A stretch of DNA of 64,000 bases from Eledone cirrhosa (lineage: Eukaryota): assembly GCA_964016885.1 (NCBI GenBank), contig OZ024741.1:365490001-365554000 (forward strand). The letters are read 5' to 3'. Below the pieces are notes generated by a model, which saw nothing but the letters and a program-made list of their open reading frames with translations, was not told where the DNA came from and searched no databases. Positions 1-10,995 of this stretch are shown here, piece by piece. Position 1 is the first letter of the stretch. Every line of letters begins with the position of its first letter. The position numbers and the translations under genes are program-made.

Positions 1-432
1 AGGGTTTCCTCACGTGAGTTCAAGATGTTAGTTGATGAGTGTATTTAGATTTTCAATCATACATAAATGGTATCTCGTGCCAAGTCTGTTATAGGATTTC
101 GCCTTTGCCACAAAGTGGCGTTTCATCTTACATTTATCAATCTCCTTGTCTTTCAATTCTCAAATATATTTTGACAGAGATGTTGAATTGTGCAGTCTTC
201 TGTTATTGAATGTATTCAGGTATTGAAGCGGCATTTAAAGGTATTTTAAGTCAATCCAATGTAAAATTTCCGGTATGTTTTGGGTTTATATACGAGATCC
301 CTTGATAGGAATTTATAGTCCAGCGATGTATACTTGAGATGCCTGAGACGTGTTGCTAGTTTGTTCACGATTAGTTATCCTATATTGTTAAGGTAGCTGT
401 AGCTTACCTTAACTGTATTCTTGTTAAAACAT
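1..432 (-). pseudogene. Decayed PLE fragment (linker and GIY-YIG C-terminus)
   Basis: Minus-strand pieces translate to FNKNTVKVSYS, ELKDKEI, AKAKSYNRLG..HLC..E and NILNSREE. These match FNRSTINISYS, ARSYNG.CDLC..E and ILNKKSE of the other PLE ORFs here. Stops and frameshifts; ends at (TA)n. Confidence 0.7.
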
Positions 433-695
433 TATATATATATATATATATATATGTATATGTATATGTATGTATATGTATGTATATGTATGTATGTGTA
501 TCACAGAGGTCCGACGAGCTTTTGATTTCAGAGTCGGGCTAGATCGATACAGATCGAACCTTGAGCTGATCAGTAGAGAAACACACGTTACCAACCAATA
601 AACGTAATGAAGGAGTAACCATTCGTCCTTGTATTATATCTCGTATATATGTGCGTGCGTGCGTGCATGCGCGCGCGCGTGTGTGTGTGTGTGTT

Positions 696-1453
696 GCGAT
701 GCGAAGGGGTTTGGTTTATTAGGTTGTTTGTCTTATGATATCGATTTTTAGCGGAGCGTTGTGTCTTTGAGCAATATATTTTATTTTACATTGTTTTAGT
801 TCACTCATCTAGCAAATGTGAGTTGTACCTATAATTGAAAGGCCAACATATTCTCATACTGTCTCACCTATATAACATCCTTAAAGTTACACGAGTTTAT
901 GGAGAGCTCTGACGGCGCCAGTGCCAAGCTGTATCGGCTCACGGCCTTACCACTTCGGACGACATTGGAAAGTCGGTCGATTTTGCAGACTCATTCGAGT
1001 GTTGAATATTTGTTCCGTCTCTATGCACTCTCAGCTCAAATCCCGCCGAGGTCTACGTTGTCTTTCCTTATTTCTCGGTCGATAATTACCGGTTATCGGA
1101 CACTGCATCTTCCGCTGAATCAAAGCTATAAAATGTGTGTGTTGGACGATTGTCAGTTCTGACAGCAAGGATTCCAGATATTGGATAAACGAATATCCTT
1201 CTCGTGAAATTGATACATACGTGGGTGAGAATTCCCTAGGCATGTGCGCCCTTAACGTAGCTCTGAATGAGACTGAACATAACCCAGTTCCTGACAAGGC
1301 TGGCCCTTTGAATTACAGTTACATCTCATGTATGACAGATGAGTGGAGTAGATCAATGTAAAATAAATTACCTTGCTCAAGGACACAACATGTCACCGTT
1401 ATTCGAAATCATAAACTTACCTTCGTTAGTTAAAGACCCTAACAACATAGCTA
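696..1453. mobile_element. Decayed SINE-derived repeat with two inward-facing SINE-like ends
   Basis: ttgtgtctttgagcaa...ttattttacattg..tt.a.t.cactcatct at ~759-810 recurs inverted at ~1338-1392. The body at 1240-1330 resembles 17995-18090. Boundaries approximate. Confidence 0.5.
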
Positions 1454-1792
1454 TGAAATACTGCGAAATGCATTAACGGTATAGCGAGAGACAAGGTCGA
1501 GATGCAATGAGGATGGTGATAAGGGGTGCGAGAGAAGCACAGGGGAGAGAGAGAGAGGGAGAGAGATAGTAGAATATGATTTCATAAATATTAAAATGAG
1601 TTGATTGGAAATCGATATATAATGCCGACAATAATCGAATATAAACTTACTCTGGAGCTGTTTATCTCTACTTGTCTATCTTTAAAACAACCTGTAGCAT
1701 GCGTGCATAAGTTTAGTTATTCTATCAAACTAATACACACAGGACCAGACAGACAGACACCCACACGCACTCTCTCTCTCTCACACACCCAC

Positions 1793-1869
<77 letters not shown>

Positions 1870-2799
1870 CGTATCTGTTTTTCTCTCTATATATATATAT
1901 ACAAATAACATAAGCCAATATTGATTAATATGCTCTCTATAAAATGTCTAGTTTATAGTCGACTAAGTTATAAAGTGTAATTCTCTTAAAATGTCACACC
2001 TATTAAAATGTCAACAACTCAGCTTTCCTTTCGGATAACTAAAACATATGGCATAAGAAACATACAGAAATCTTCACATACATATTGTATAGCTATGTAT
2101 ATTGCCCTTCAGTATCCCGGCATCGAACGTTATAAACTATTTATCTAGACAAATTTAGTATTCAAGAAAATATACAATATAAAAATATTGTTATTTCACC
2201 TTCTTTTATTCTACAGAGAGGTGATTTTTTTTCTCTGCAAAGTTTTGCATATATATATAGAGATAGATATAGTTGCAATTTATATACTATATATTTTACA
2301 AACTTGAATGAATTTGAAATGGTTAACTAGAAATGAAATTCATGGGTCAACTGTTTAAATACATTCTGTTTACTTCTTTACTTGGAAAAGTGGCTGAATT
2401 TTCTTTAGTTACAAAATAGGAAAATATCTCTTTGTGTGAAGTTTGCCAACAAAAGACCAAGAAATTGTAAAGTTTCGCGTTTTCCAAAAGTGGAAACTTA
2501 CGTATCAGTGAATAATGGTGCAATTCGAATTAAGCGCTCAACATTATATTTTCTTTCAAATTTAAATTGTCAGTTCGTGCGGGAGTATATGCAAAATAAG
2601 GATAAATGCAATGTTCGGCTAGATAAGAACACAGAAGTAGAGTAAAAGATATTTGGCTGAATAGAACTCCCCCCCCCCCCCCCACACACACACACTCGAG
2701 TTGGTGACCGTAATATCTCACTAACTGTGAGGGAGGGAGGCTTTGATGTGTTAGATAAGCTTGACTGTGATTAGCTGTTTGCCGACAGACAATTGGTCA

Positions 2800-3060
2800 A
2801 TCAATCCTCCACCTACACATCTGCGTACAACTGTAGAGTGGAAATAAACTTCCCCAGCGGAACTGACATCGGCAATGAAAACAGGATATCTGTCCGTTCC
2901 CTTGTCTTTAGATTGGATTGCCTCGAAAAAGTAATGGTATTACATACGATGCTGTAACACATTGCTTGATCGAACAAACACGTAGCTGTAATTACCATTG
3001 AAATATGTATTATAGCTTTATTAATAAATCTACACCGAACTCCGCCTTGATCCTTATTCT
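2800..3060 (+). repeat. Diverged dispersed repeat, copy 1 (paired with 4830-5107)
   Basis: Shares colinear blocks caactgtagagtggaaataaa, tatctgtccg.tcccttg.ctttagattg, gcttgatcgaac and agctttattaataaat with 4830-5107. Confidence 0.7.
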
Positions 3061-3913
3061 ACATATGCTCCGGCACGGACTGAGAAAATATTTTTGAGAG
3101 AAAATACAGGACGTTGAGTGCTTAAATGAATTGCATCATTATTAACTGATCGGTGTGTTGCATACGAAACTCCAATTAGTCAACATCTTTACGGTAAGAA
3201 TATAGCTCCCAATTGTTGAGCACTCTATGAAGTATACGATCAAGTGAAGGCTTTCGCTCTCAGAAATCTCCGAGAAATCCCTGCACCATGATGGCTAAAG
3301 TACACCAATTGGATGTTCTTGCCTGTGACACATTTAACCTAATAAATATTCAGAGGATAAACTTTCCACCGGGAGTCTAAGATGATTAAAAGAAGGGCAA
3401 AACCTTTCATCTACTCGCAATACTCTTTATTTCAGGTGTAACCCCACAACCAGACCCACCTAAGTGGAGAGTCTTCACCAGCCACCTCTCGCCTTAGTGG
3501 ATGGATATACAGCTGGTAACTTTTATAAGGATTTCTGGGATCTGCTGAACCAAAGGGACCCATAGAAAGACACAGCAGTTTAGTATACCTGTTCCTTCGG
3601 CACTGGGATTTCAATTCTTCCATCTCTTATCTTTTTCTAGTATCTTTATTTTCCATTTTGGCAGCTTTAACTTTTTTCGTGTTCATTTTTTTCCTTTTTC
3701 GCATTGTTATTTAATGAATTGATTGAATAATTAACTAATTAATTATTACTTATCCTGTTTTAGATTTCTTTTCTATATTGTATCTCTGTATTCCAAATTT
3801 TGTCTCTGTATTTTCCTATCTGGGTTTATTAGTCACTCGATTAATAAGTTTCTTTACTTGCCTCTCGTATAGGTTATATACGTCTTCTAATTGGACACTA
3901 CTTAATGTTTAAA

Positions 3914-4131
3914 CCCTTTAGCATTTACATTACTCTATATATACTATTATATGTTCAAAGTAAAAGCTTTACCTCACATAATTATCTCACAAAACAACGA
4001 ATCTATGAGATTCTGATATTTATCTTCAGAACAATACGCTAACATAGGCATGAGCATCCGGTTACGGCCGGTTTGAACAGACAGAGTAGAGAGTATTCTG
4101 GACGGATACGGCCGGTTTAAACACTAAAGGG
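3914..4131. mobile_element. piggyBac-type non-autonomous element (MITE)
   Basis: Terminal inverted repeats CCCTTTAGcaTTTA / TAAAcaCTAAAGGG. Right flank is TTAA (4132-4135) and left flank TAAA, a degenerate TTAA. No ORF. Confidence 0.65.
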
Positions 4132-4829
4132 TTAACTCTTACCTTTCAAATTTTATCTGAATATTCAATTTCAATGTAGAATCATAATTTCTAACATTGA
4201 TTTATACATCTTCTCATTTGTTTTTTATTGTTAATTGTTAATTCGCAATTTTTAATTTTCATTGTGGATTTTGAAATTCTAACCCATAGCATTAATGTAT
4301 TTATTCGCTAACAAAGTAAAGTAGAATTTTTTTTATTGGTTTTACTGAAATTTGATTCATAGATTGATAAAATCTGTTTGTAAGGAGATCGAATTTAATA
4401 GAAAATAGTAACCTAAGTAAATATGAAAGAAGAGCCTAACTCCCACTGTCATCGCCTCCATCTCTCTCGCTCTCTCATCTCTCCGTATGGGGAGCAAATG
4501 GGGTTCCACGTGCTGGCCTCCCCACAGCCCCGGTGGACAGATGGAGAATCACTTATGGGTGAATTAAACAATAATTCACTGATCACTTTTGCGGTCAGTG
4601 TGATGACATGCGTTGTCCTGCCTTAAAATAGTGGTAGTAGGCGGGGGAGATGCATATATGCATCTGAATTTTTAATTTGCTACTGCTGTCGACTCCTGGA
4701 CGAGAGCCCAAAAGTAAATCAAAATGTCTTAGGCAGAATTGAACTCCGTGACTGTAAGATCGCACCGAGTGTTGGGGAGGGAGACGTTGGTGTCTCTGCT
4801 TGAGGGGAGGGGGAGATACACTGATGATC

Positions 4830-5104
4830 AATCCATCTTCCTCCTCTACGCCTGCGCACAACTGTAGAGTGGAAATAAAGTTCAGGGGGAACAAACATTG
4901 GAAATGAAAATACTATATCTGTCCGCTCCCTTGCCTTTAGATTGCATTGACTCGGAAAGGTAGCCTTATTATTACATATAATATAGTCTGTTGACGTAGC
5001 TTGATCGAACCATCACGTAGCCGTGATTGCCATTCAGATATGTACCACAGCTTTATTAATAAATGATTTTGAATCATCTACACCGAATCTCGCATCTATC
5101 CTTA

Positions 5105-5107
<3 letters not shown>
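4830..5107 (+). repeat. Diverged dispersed repeat, copy 2
   Basis: Colinear with 2800-3060; followed by a (CT)n/(TA)n tract. Confidence 0.7.
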
Positions 5108-5152
<45 letters not shown>

Positions 5153-5228
5153 CCCGCTTTCGCTCTCGCTCTCTCCCACCCCTCTCTCTCTCTCCCTCTC
5201 TCACCCTCTCTCTCTCTCTCCCTCTCTC

Positions 5229-5340
<112 letters not shown>

Positions 5341-5369
5341 ATCAAAAGATGGTTAAAGGAGTTCCATGT

Positions 5370-5438
5370 ATTTTATTATGCGCATTTCAAAAACAAACAT
5401 CATCATGCAATAATATTTGTGTTTTCATCAGATAAAAC
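5370..5438 (-). ncRNA. Type I hammerhead ribozyme, family A
   Basis: Reverse complement of 7191-7259. Confidence 0.85.
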
Positions 5439-7190
5439 AGGAGAACATGATATGAAGGCTAAAAAACACTTGTGGATAGTGCAGTTTTAAATCAACATAT
5501 GAAAAGTGGTTTTAGATTGATGTGTGATATTGGGAAAAATATTTTATTTAGAGGGGGGGGGCTGGAAAGGATGAAAAAGGGAAGGAGATGAGAGGGAGAG
5601 ATGAGTGATAGAGAGAAAGAGATAGTTTTTATAACTGAGAGGAGATATATTGTTTTACATAGAGAGGTTAAAAACCGTTGGAAGATAATGTATAAATTAA
5701 AAATAAAAAAAAATTTTGAAAATTAACGAAGGGAGGATATGTGCGAGGAAAAAATATTTTATTTAGGGAGGGGGGGGAAGGATGAAAAAAGGAGGAGATG
5801 ATAGTGAAGGTGGAGAGGGAGAGATGGGTGATAGAGAGAAAGAGATAGTTTTTATAACTGAGAAAAAGATGTATAGTTTTACATAGAGAGGTTGGGAACC
5901 GGTGGAAGATAATGTATAAATTAAAGGAATTTGAAAATTAACGAAGGGAATTTATGTATGAAGATAGAGAGAAAAAATAATAATTGTGGATGAATATTCT
6001 AACGTCAAAAAAAGAAATGTATGTTGATAAGATATTGTGGCAATTTAAAAATTAACGAAGAGAAAAATTATTAAGGTTTGTGTGTAGAAGGATTTGAGAA
6101 AAATAATGTGGAGTTAAAGTTTGTATATTGAAGGAATTGATAATATATGCGAATAAAGAGTTAATATGTATTAATAATGAGTTCGTTGATGGGGAGAAAA
6201 AAATAATAAATTAAAGATGAAATTGAGATTAAAAAGATTTATGATAGAGAGAAAAAATAATAATGATTGCGGATGAATATTCTAACGTCAAAACAACAAA
6301 TGTATATGTTATGATTTTACAAGGTGGAGATAGAATGAGGGTAATGAGTAAACAAGTATTATAGAGTGTATAATGCCCTTTAAAGTAAGGTAGATGGGTA
6401 TATTTTAAAGAGGTGTATGTATATGTGCCTTTGAGAAAAGATTCTAAATTGATAAAGAATTGAAGATTCTAAAGATTCTAAATTGATAAAGAATTGAATA
6501 TACAAACTTTAACTCCACATTATTTTTCTCAAATCCTTCTACACACAAACCTTAATAATTTTTCTCTTCGTTAATTTTTAAATTGCCACAATATCTTATC
6601 AACATACATTTCTTTTTTTAACGTTAGAATATTCATCCACAATTATTATTTTTTCTCTCTATCTTCATACATAAATTCCCTTCGTTAATTTTCAAATTCC
6701 TTTAATTTATACATTATCTTCCAACGGTTCCCAACTTCTCTATGTAAAACTATATATCTTTTTCTCAGTTATAAAAACTATCTCTTTCTCTCTATCACCC
6801 ATCTCTCCCTCTCCACCTTCACTCTCATCTCCTCCCCCTTTTTTCATCCTTTCCACCCCCCCTCCCTAAATAAAATATTTTTTCCTCGCACATATCCTCC
6901 CTTCGTTAATTTTCAAAATTTTTTTTAATTTTTAATTTATACATTATCTTCCAACGGTTTTCAACCTCTCTATGCAAAACAATATTTCTCCTCTCAGTTA
7001 TAAAATCTATCTCTTTCTCTCTATCACCCATCTCTCCCTCTCATCTCCTTCCCTTTTTCATCCTTTCCACCCCCCCCTCCCCCTCTCTAAATAAAATATT
7101 TTTCCCAATATCACACATCAATCTAAAACCACTTTTCATATGTTGATTTAAAACTGCACTATCCACAAGTGTTTTTTAGCCTGTTCTCCT

Positions 7191-7259
7191 GTTTTATCTG
7201 ATGAAAACACAAATATTATTGCATGATGATGTTTGTTTTTGAAATGCGCATAATAAAAT
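7191..7259 (+). ncRNA. Type I hammerhead ribozyme, family A
   Basis: GTTTTAT-CTGATGA-[stem II aaac.caaatattatt/gatgatgtttg.tttt]-GAAA-TGCGCA-TA-ATAAAAT. Stem I ttttat/ataaaa; palindromic stem III ATGCGCAT; predicted AUA site after 7252. Confidence 0.85.
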
Positions 7260-7381
7260 ACATGGAACTCCTTTAACCATCTTTTGATCTTATATTATGT
7301 ATACTCCAGTCCTACAAACTGTAGAGTGCTTCTTATCCGATATCTGCATTGCTTTATTGTACTACAATAAAACTCACCTCC

Positions 7382-7437
<56 letters not shown>

Positions 7438-7438
7438 A

Positions 7439-7496
<58 letters not shown>

Positions 7497-7662
7497 AATT
7501 AGTATATCTAGTAACATATATATACACAGATGCATACTTATGTTAGCAAATATATAGGTTTTGTCTTAGTAACTATGTGGTTCAATGCATGGGGTTGCAG
7601 AACAATAATATGAGAGACGTAAAATAAGAAAATTATAAAATTAACTTACTTACTTAAATTTC

Positions 7663-7744
7663 ACTCCCAACTAATTAGTTTCTGAAAGGGATTAAACGTA
7701 CTATCCGAAGAACGCACTGAGAAGCCTTTCGTCATCAGGGAAGT
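7663..7744 (-). ncRNA. Type I hammerhead ribozyme, family B
   Basis: Near-identical reverse complement of 8068-8149. Confidence 0.8.
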
Positions 7745-8067
7745 CTATTCTCAGCTAAGTTACTAGATATACTATGTTACTAGATATACTAATTCTTTAT
7801 AATTATCTCCAAAATTATTTGTCGAGCAAAAATGGCCAAGACTGCTGCTATAGTAGCAGTGCGGCTGCTGTCTTACAAACAAACCACTATCCACTGATTG
7901 ACCTCGATGTCACGTGATTGATTCTTTTGAATTTGCCACCGACGCAGTAGGCAGTGATTTTATCAATGGCTTGGAATTAGTCCTCGCTTTGCTTTTTCCA
8001 TCCACTGAATTATTTTTGTATAAATTCCCTGTGTCCACGTATTGCCTGGAAACTTAGCTGAGAATAG

Positions 8068-8149
8068 ACTTCCCTGATGACGAAAGGCTTCTCCGTGCGT
8101 TCTTCGGATAGTACGTTTAATCCCTTTCAGAAACTAATTAGTTGGGAGT
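8068..8149 (+). ncRNA. Type I hammerhead ribozyme, family B
   Basis: ACTTCC-CTGATGA-c-GAAAGG...CCTTTC-a-GAAA-CTAATTAG-TT-GGGAGT. Palindromic stem III; predicted GUU site after 8143. Confidence 0.8.
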
Positions 8150-8216
8150 GAAATTTAAGTAAGTAAGTTAATTTTATAATTTTCTTATTTTACGTCTCTC
8201 ATATATATATATATAT

Positions 8217-8522
8217 GTAGATAAATCTACCAAAATATACGGTAGTGTCCAATCCGTATGAAGAACTCAATGTAATCCAAATATCATGAAAAGAGAAGAT
8301 GCATTCAAAATTTTCGATGAAAATCATAGGAAAACAGAGTCAAGATAAATTAATAAAAACAAAGAACAAGTTGCTTATATTAAAATATTCATCATTTTAC
8401 GATCGTTTCAAGGATATATATGTGTGTTGGTATGTATATCATATAGATCTATGTAAAAATATTACAAACTATCAGAGGAAATATACATACCTTCACATAT
8501 ATATGCTGTCTTCAGAAATGAT
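8217..8522 (-). mobile_element. 3' terminal fragment of a PLE related to family E (family E')
   Basis: Colinear with 40109-40452 and ends at the same tgtagataaatctacc terminus. Confidence 0.8.
8391..8522 (-). ncRNA. Type I hammerhead with ~100-nt stem II, family E'
   Basis: Minus strand: ATCATTT-CTGAAGA-[atatatatgtg..ggtatgtatat / atatacatacc..cacatatatat]-GAAA-CGATCG-TA-AAATGAT; GUA site. Confidence 0.75.
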
Positions 8523-8582
8523 ATATATATATAAATGAAAAATGGCGAGCTGTGTTTTTGCATATAGAATATATATAAACAC

Positions 8583-8835
8583 GAGGTATTAGAAATAGAA
8601 GCCGTCATCAGTGGTCTATTAGCCATCATAGGCATTTCTTCGCATTACAGACCATATATCTCAAGCTAGGGTGATACAATAACTAAAATAAGTTATTGGG
8701 ATAAAACGAGTTGGGTGGAGAGAGAGTAAACAAACACGAATGGTGAGGCAAGGTAAAGAGCCTGAGGTATATGGTCTGAAATGCGAAGAAAAACCTATGA
8801 TGACTAGTAGACCACTGATGACAGATAGTCCTAGC

Positions 8836-8840
<5 letters not shown>
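8583..8840. mobile_element. Short inverted-repeat element carrying a conserved CTGATGA-adjacent stem motif (family G)
   Basis: 8597-8668 is an imperfect inverse of 8759-8840; the motif is homologous to 21464-21525 and 22172-22232. Confidence 0.55.
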
Positions 8841-8912
<72 letters not shown>

Positions 8913-8936
8913 ACAGAATAGAGGTGTAACACACGA

Positions 8937-9274
8937 GTAAAAGGAAAAGAAAATGCTGACAAATTGTTCCCAGTGAAAAATAGTTTAATTAGGAATAAGT
9001 AAAAATTAGTAATAGTATTGGTTAGTATTCAGTTTTGGTTTTAAGTTTTACCCGTTGCGCATTTCTAATGGTTTTCAAAAATAATTTTGAGATAGAGCGC
9101 AAACATCACGGGCGTTCTATCTCAAAATTATTTTTGAAAAGCATTAGAAATGCGCAACCGATGAAACTTAAAACCAAAACTGAATACTAACCAATATTAT
9201 TACTAATTTTTACTTATTCCTAATGAAACTATTTTTCACTGGGAACAATTTGTCAGCATTTTCTTTTCCTTTTA

Positions 9275-9276
<2 letters not shown>
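8937..9276. repeat. Near-perfect fold-back, ~165-bp arms with an ~11-nt loop
   Basis: 8937-9100 is the reverse complement of ~9112-9276 with a few mismatches; next to (TA)n tracts. Confidence 0.9.
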
Positions 9277-9333
<57 letters not shown>

Positions 9334-9361
9334 CATTGCCTGGAGACTTAACTGAGAATGG

Positions 9362-9443
9362 ACTCCCTGATGACGCAATGAATTCTCGACAGTTGGATTA
9401 CGTAACTGTCTTTATCCCATTGCAGAAACTAATTAGTTGGAGT
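9362..9443 (+). ncRNA. Type I hammerhead ribozyme, family C
   Basis: ACTCC-CTGATGA-c-GCAATG..GACAGTT..AACTGTC..CATTGC-a-GAAA-CTAATTAG-TT-GGAGT; predicted site after 9438. Confidence 0.85.
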
Positions 9444-9922
9444 GAAAATTTAAGTAAGTAAAAAATTTAAAAAAAAAATTTTTTTTAAAGAATATTTTCT
9501 TATTTTACGTCTTTTATATTATTGTTCTGCATTCTCCTGCATTGAACCACCTAGGTACTATGACATAACCTGTGTATTTGCTAGCATGGGCGTGCATCTG
9601 TGCGCTTATGTTAGTTGATATATTAAATTATCTATATTTATCTCCAAATCACTGATTTGTCGAGCAAACTTGCCAAAACCACTTCTAAAAAAACTTTTTT
9701 TGGGGGGTGTTAGTAGGCGTCAGTCATCTTACCATCCCATTCCTTCTAACTAGCCTCTGTGTCACGTGATTGATTCTTTAGAATCGGCCATTTGACTTGA
9801 AGCAGTGAGAATTTCGGTACATAGAATCCAGTCCTCGCAAGCTGTTCGATCTACCGAATTATTATTATTTTTATATGAGCCGCCAGTGTCCGCGCATTGC
9901 CTGGAGACTTAACTGAGAATAG

Positions 9923-10004
9923 ACTCCCTGATGACGCAATGAATTCTCGACAGTTGGATTACGTAACTGTCTTTATCCCATTGCAGAAACTAATTAGTTG
10001 GAGT
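9923..10004 (+). ncRNA. Type I hammerhead ribozyme, family C (second copy)
   Basis: Same sequence as 9362-9443; predicted site after 9999. Confidence 0.85.
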
Positions 10005-10191
10005 GAAAATTTAAGTAAGTAAAAAATTAAAAAAAAAAATTTTTTTTAAAGAATATTTTCTTATTTTACGTCTTTTATATTATTGTTCTGCATTCTCCTG
10101 CATTGAACCACCTAGGTGCTATGACATAACCTGTGTATTTGCTAGCATGGGCGTGCATCTGTGCGCTTATGTTAGTTGATATATTAAATTA

Positions 10192-10225
<34 letters not shown>

Positions 10226-10592
10226 TGCACTAAATATATATATATATATATATATATAAGTGCACTAAATATATATATATATAAGTGTGCACTAAATCCC
10301 TTTCTATCACGCTCCACTCTCCTACCCATCACAGGAAGATGTGTGTGTGTATATTGCTTCCACCCCCTCACTGACCAGCAGCTGGCCAGTTGGTGATTGC
10401 TAAATCTGACCTTTATAAAGTGACCCACACCCCAAATAGCTTCTCATTCACTACCAGAAGGGGACACAGCAGTCAACCTGTTGTTGCTACCTAGATGAAA
10501 ACTGCTATGAAATCCCACAATGAATTTTATACTTGAATTTTCAAGTCTCAAATTTTAACTCTTCGTATTATTAATTTTTCTTAATATTAATC

Positions 10593-10640
10593 AACATTTG
10601 AAAAGATGGCTTTTGCAGACCCATCGAAACCGGTCATTTT
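10593..10640 (+). ncRNA. Degenerate minimal hammerhead relic
   Basis: aacat-TTGAAAA-GATGG..CCATC-GAAA-CCGG-TC-atttt. Stem II and the palindromic GAAACCGGTC are intact; the core has two changes from CTGAAGA. Confidence 0.45.
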
Positions 10641-10740
10641 TTATACCCTTTATTATTTCCTTACCTTATAAAATTATGTTTTTTCACAAAAAAGTATTCT
10701 GTCTCTTATATATTCCATGTGCCATTACCAACCTCAATTT

Positions 10741-10799
<59 letters not shown>

Positions 10800-10944
10800 T
10801 TATGATTATTACTATATATATATATATATATATAGTAATAATCATAAATTTGAAGACTAAAATCCAAAGAGGGCTCGATAAGGATAAAAATATATCAAAT
10901 ATATAAGAACCGTAGAGCAAATATTTATTAAAATAACAGATTAA

Positions 10945-10995
10945 AGTTTAAGCAAAGAATCGCTGCTTTCACCCTTAACGGGATCTTCTGAAACT
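10945..10995 (-). ncRNA. Hammerhead-like motif with CAGAAGA core, family D
   Basis: Minus strand: AGTTT-CAGAAGA-t-CCC gttaa GGG-t-GAAA-GCA gcgattctt TGC-TT-AAACT. All three stems form. Confidence 0.65.

Larger units (their letters stand above)
7494..8202. mobile_element. ORF-less hammerhead-bearing element, family B (partial inverted copy plus monomer)
   Basis: 7494-7763 is an inverted copy of the hammerhead and downstream part. 7775-8202 carries the rest of a circularly permuted ~550-bp unit homologous to 9332-9892. Flanked by (TA)n. Confidence 0.8.
9332..10195 (+). mobile_element. ORF-less 561-bp tandem element with two hammerheads (retrozyme-like, family C)
   Basis: 9332-9634 repeats at 9893-10195 (period 561) with one hammerhead in each copy; (TA)n on both sides. 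Confidence 0.85.
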
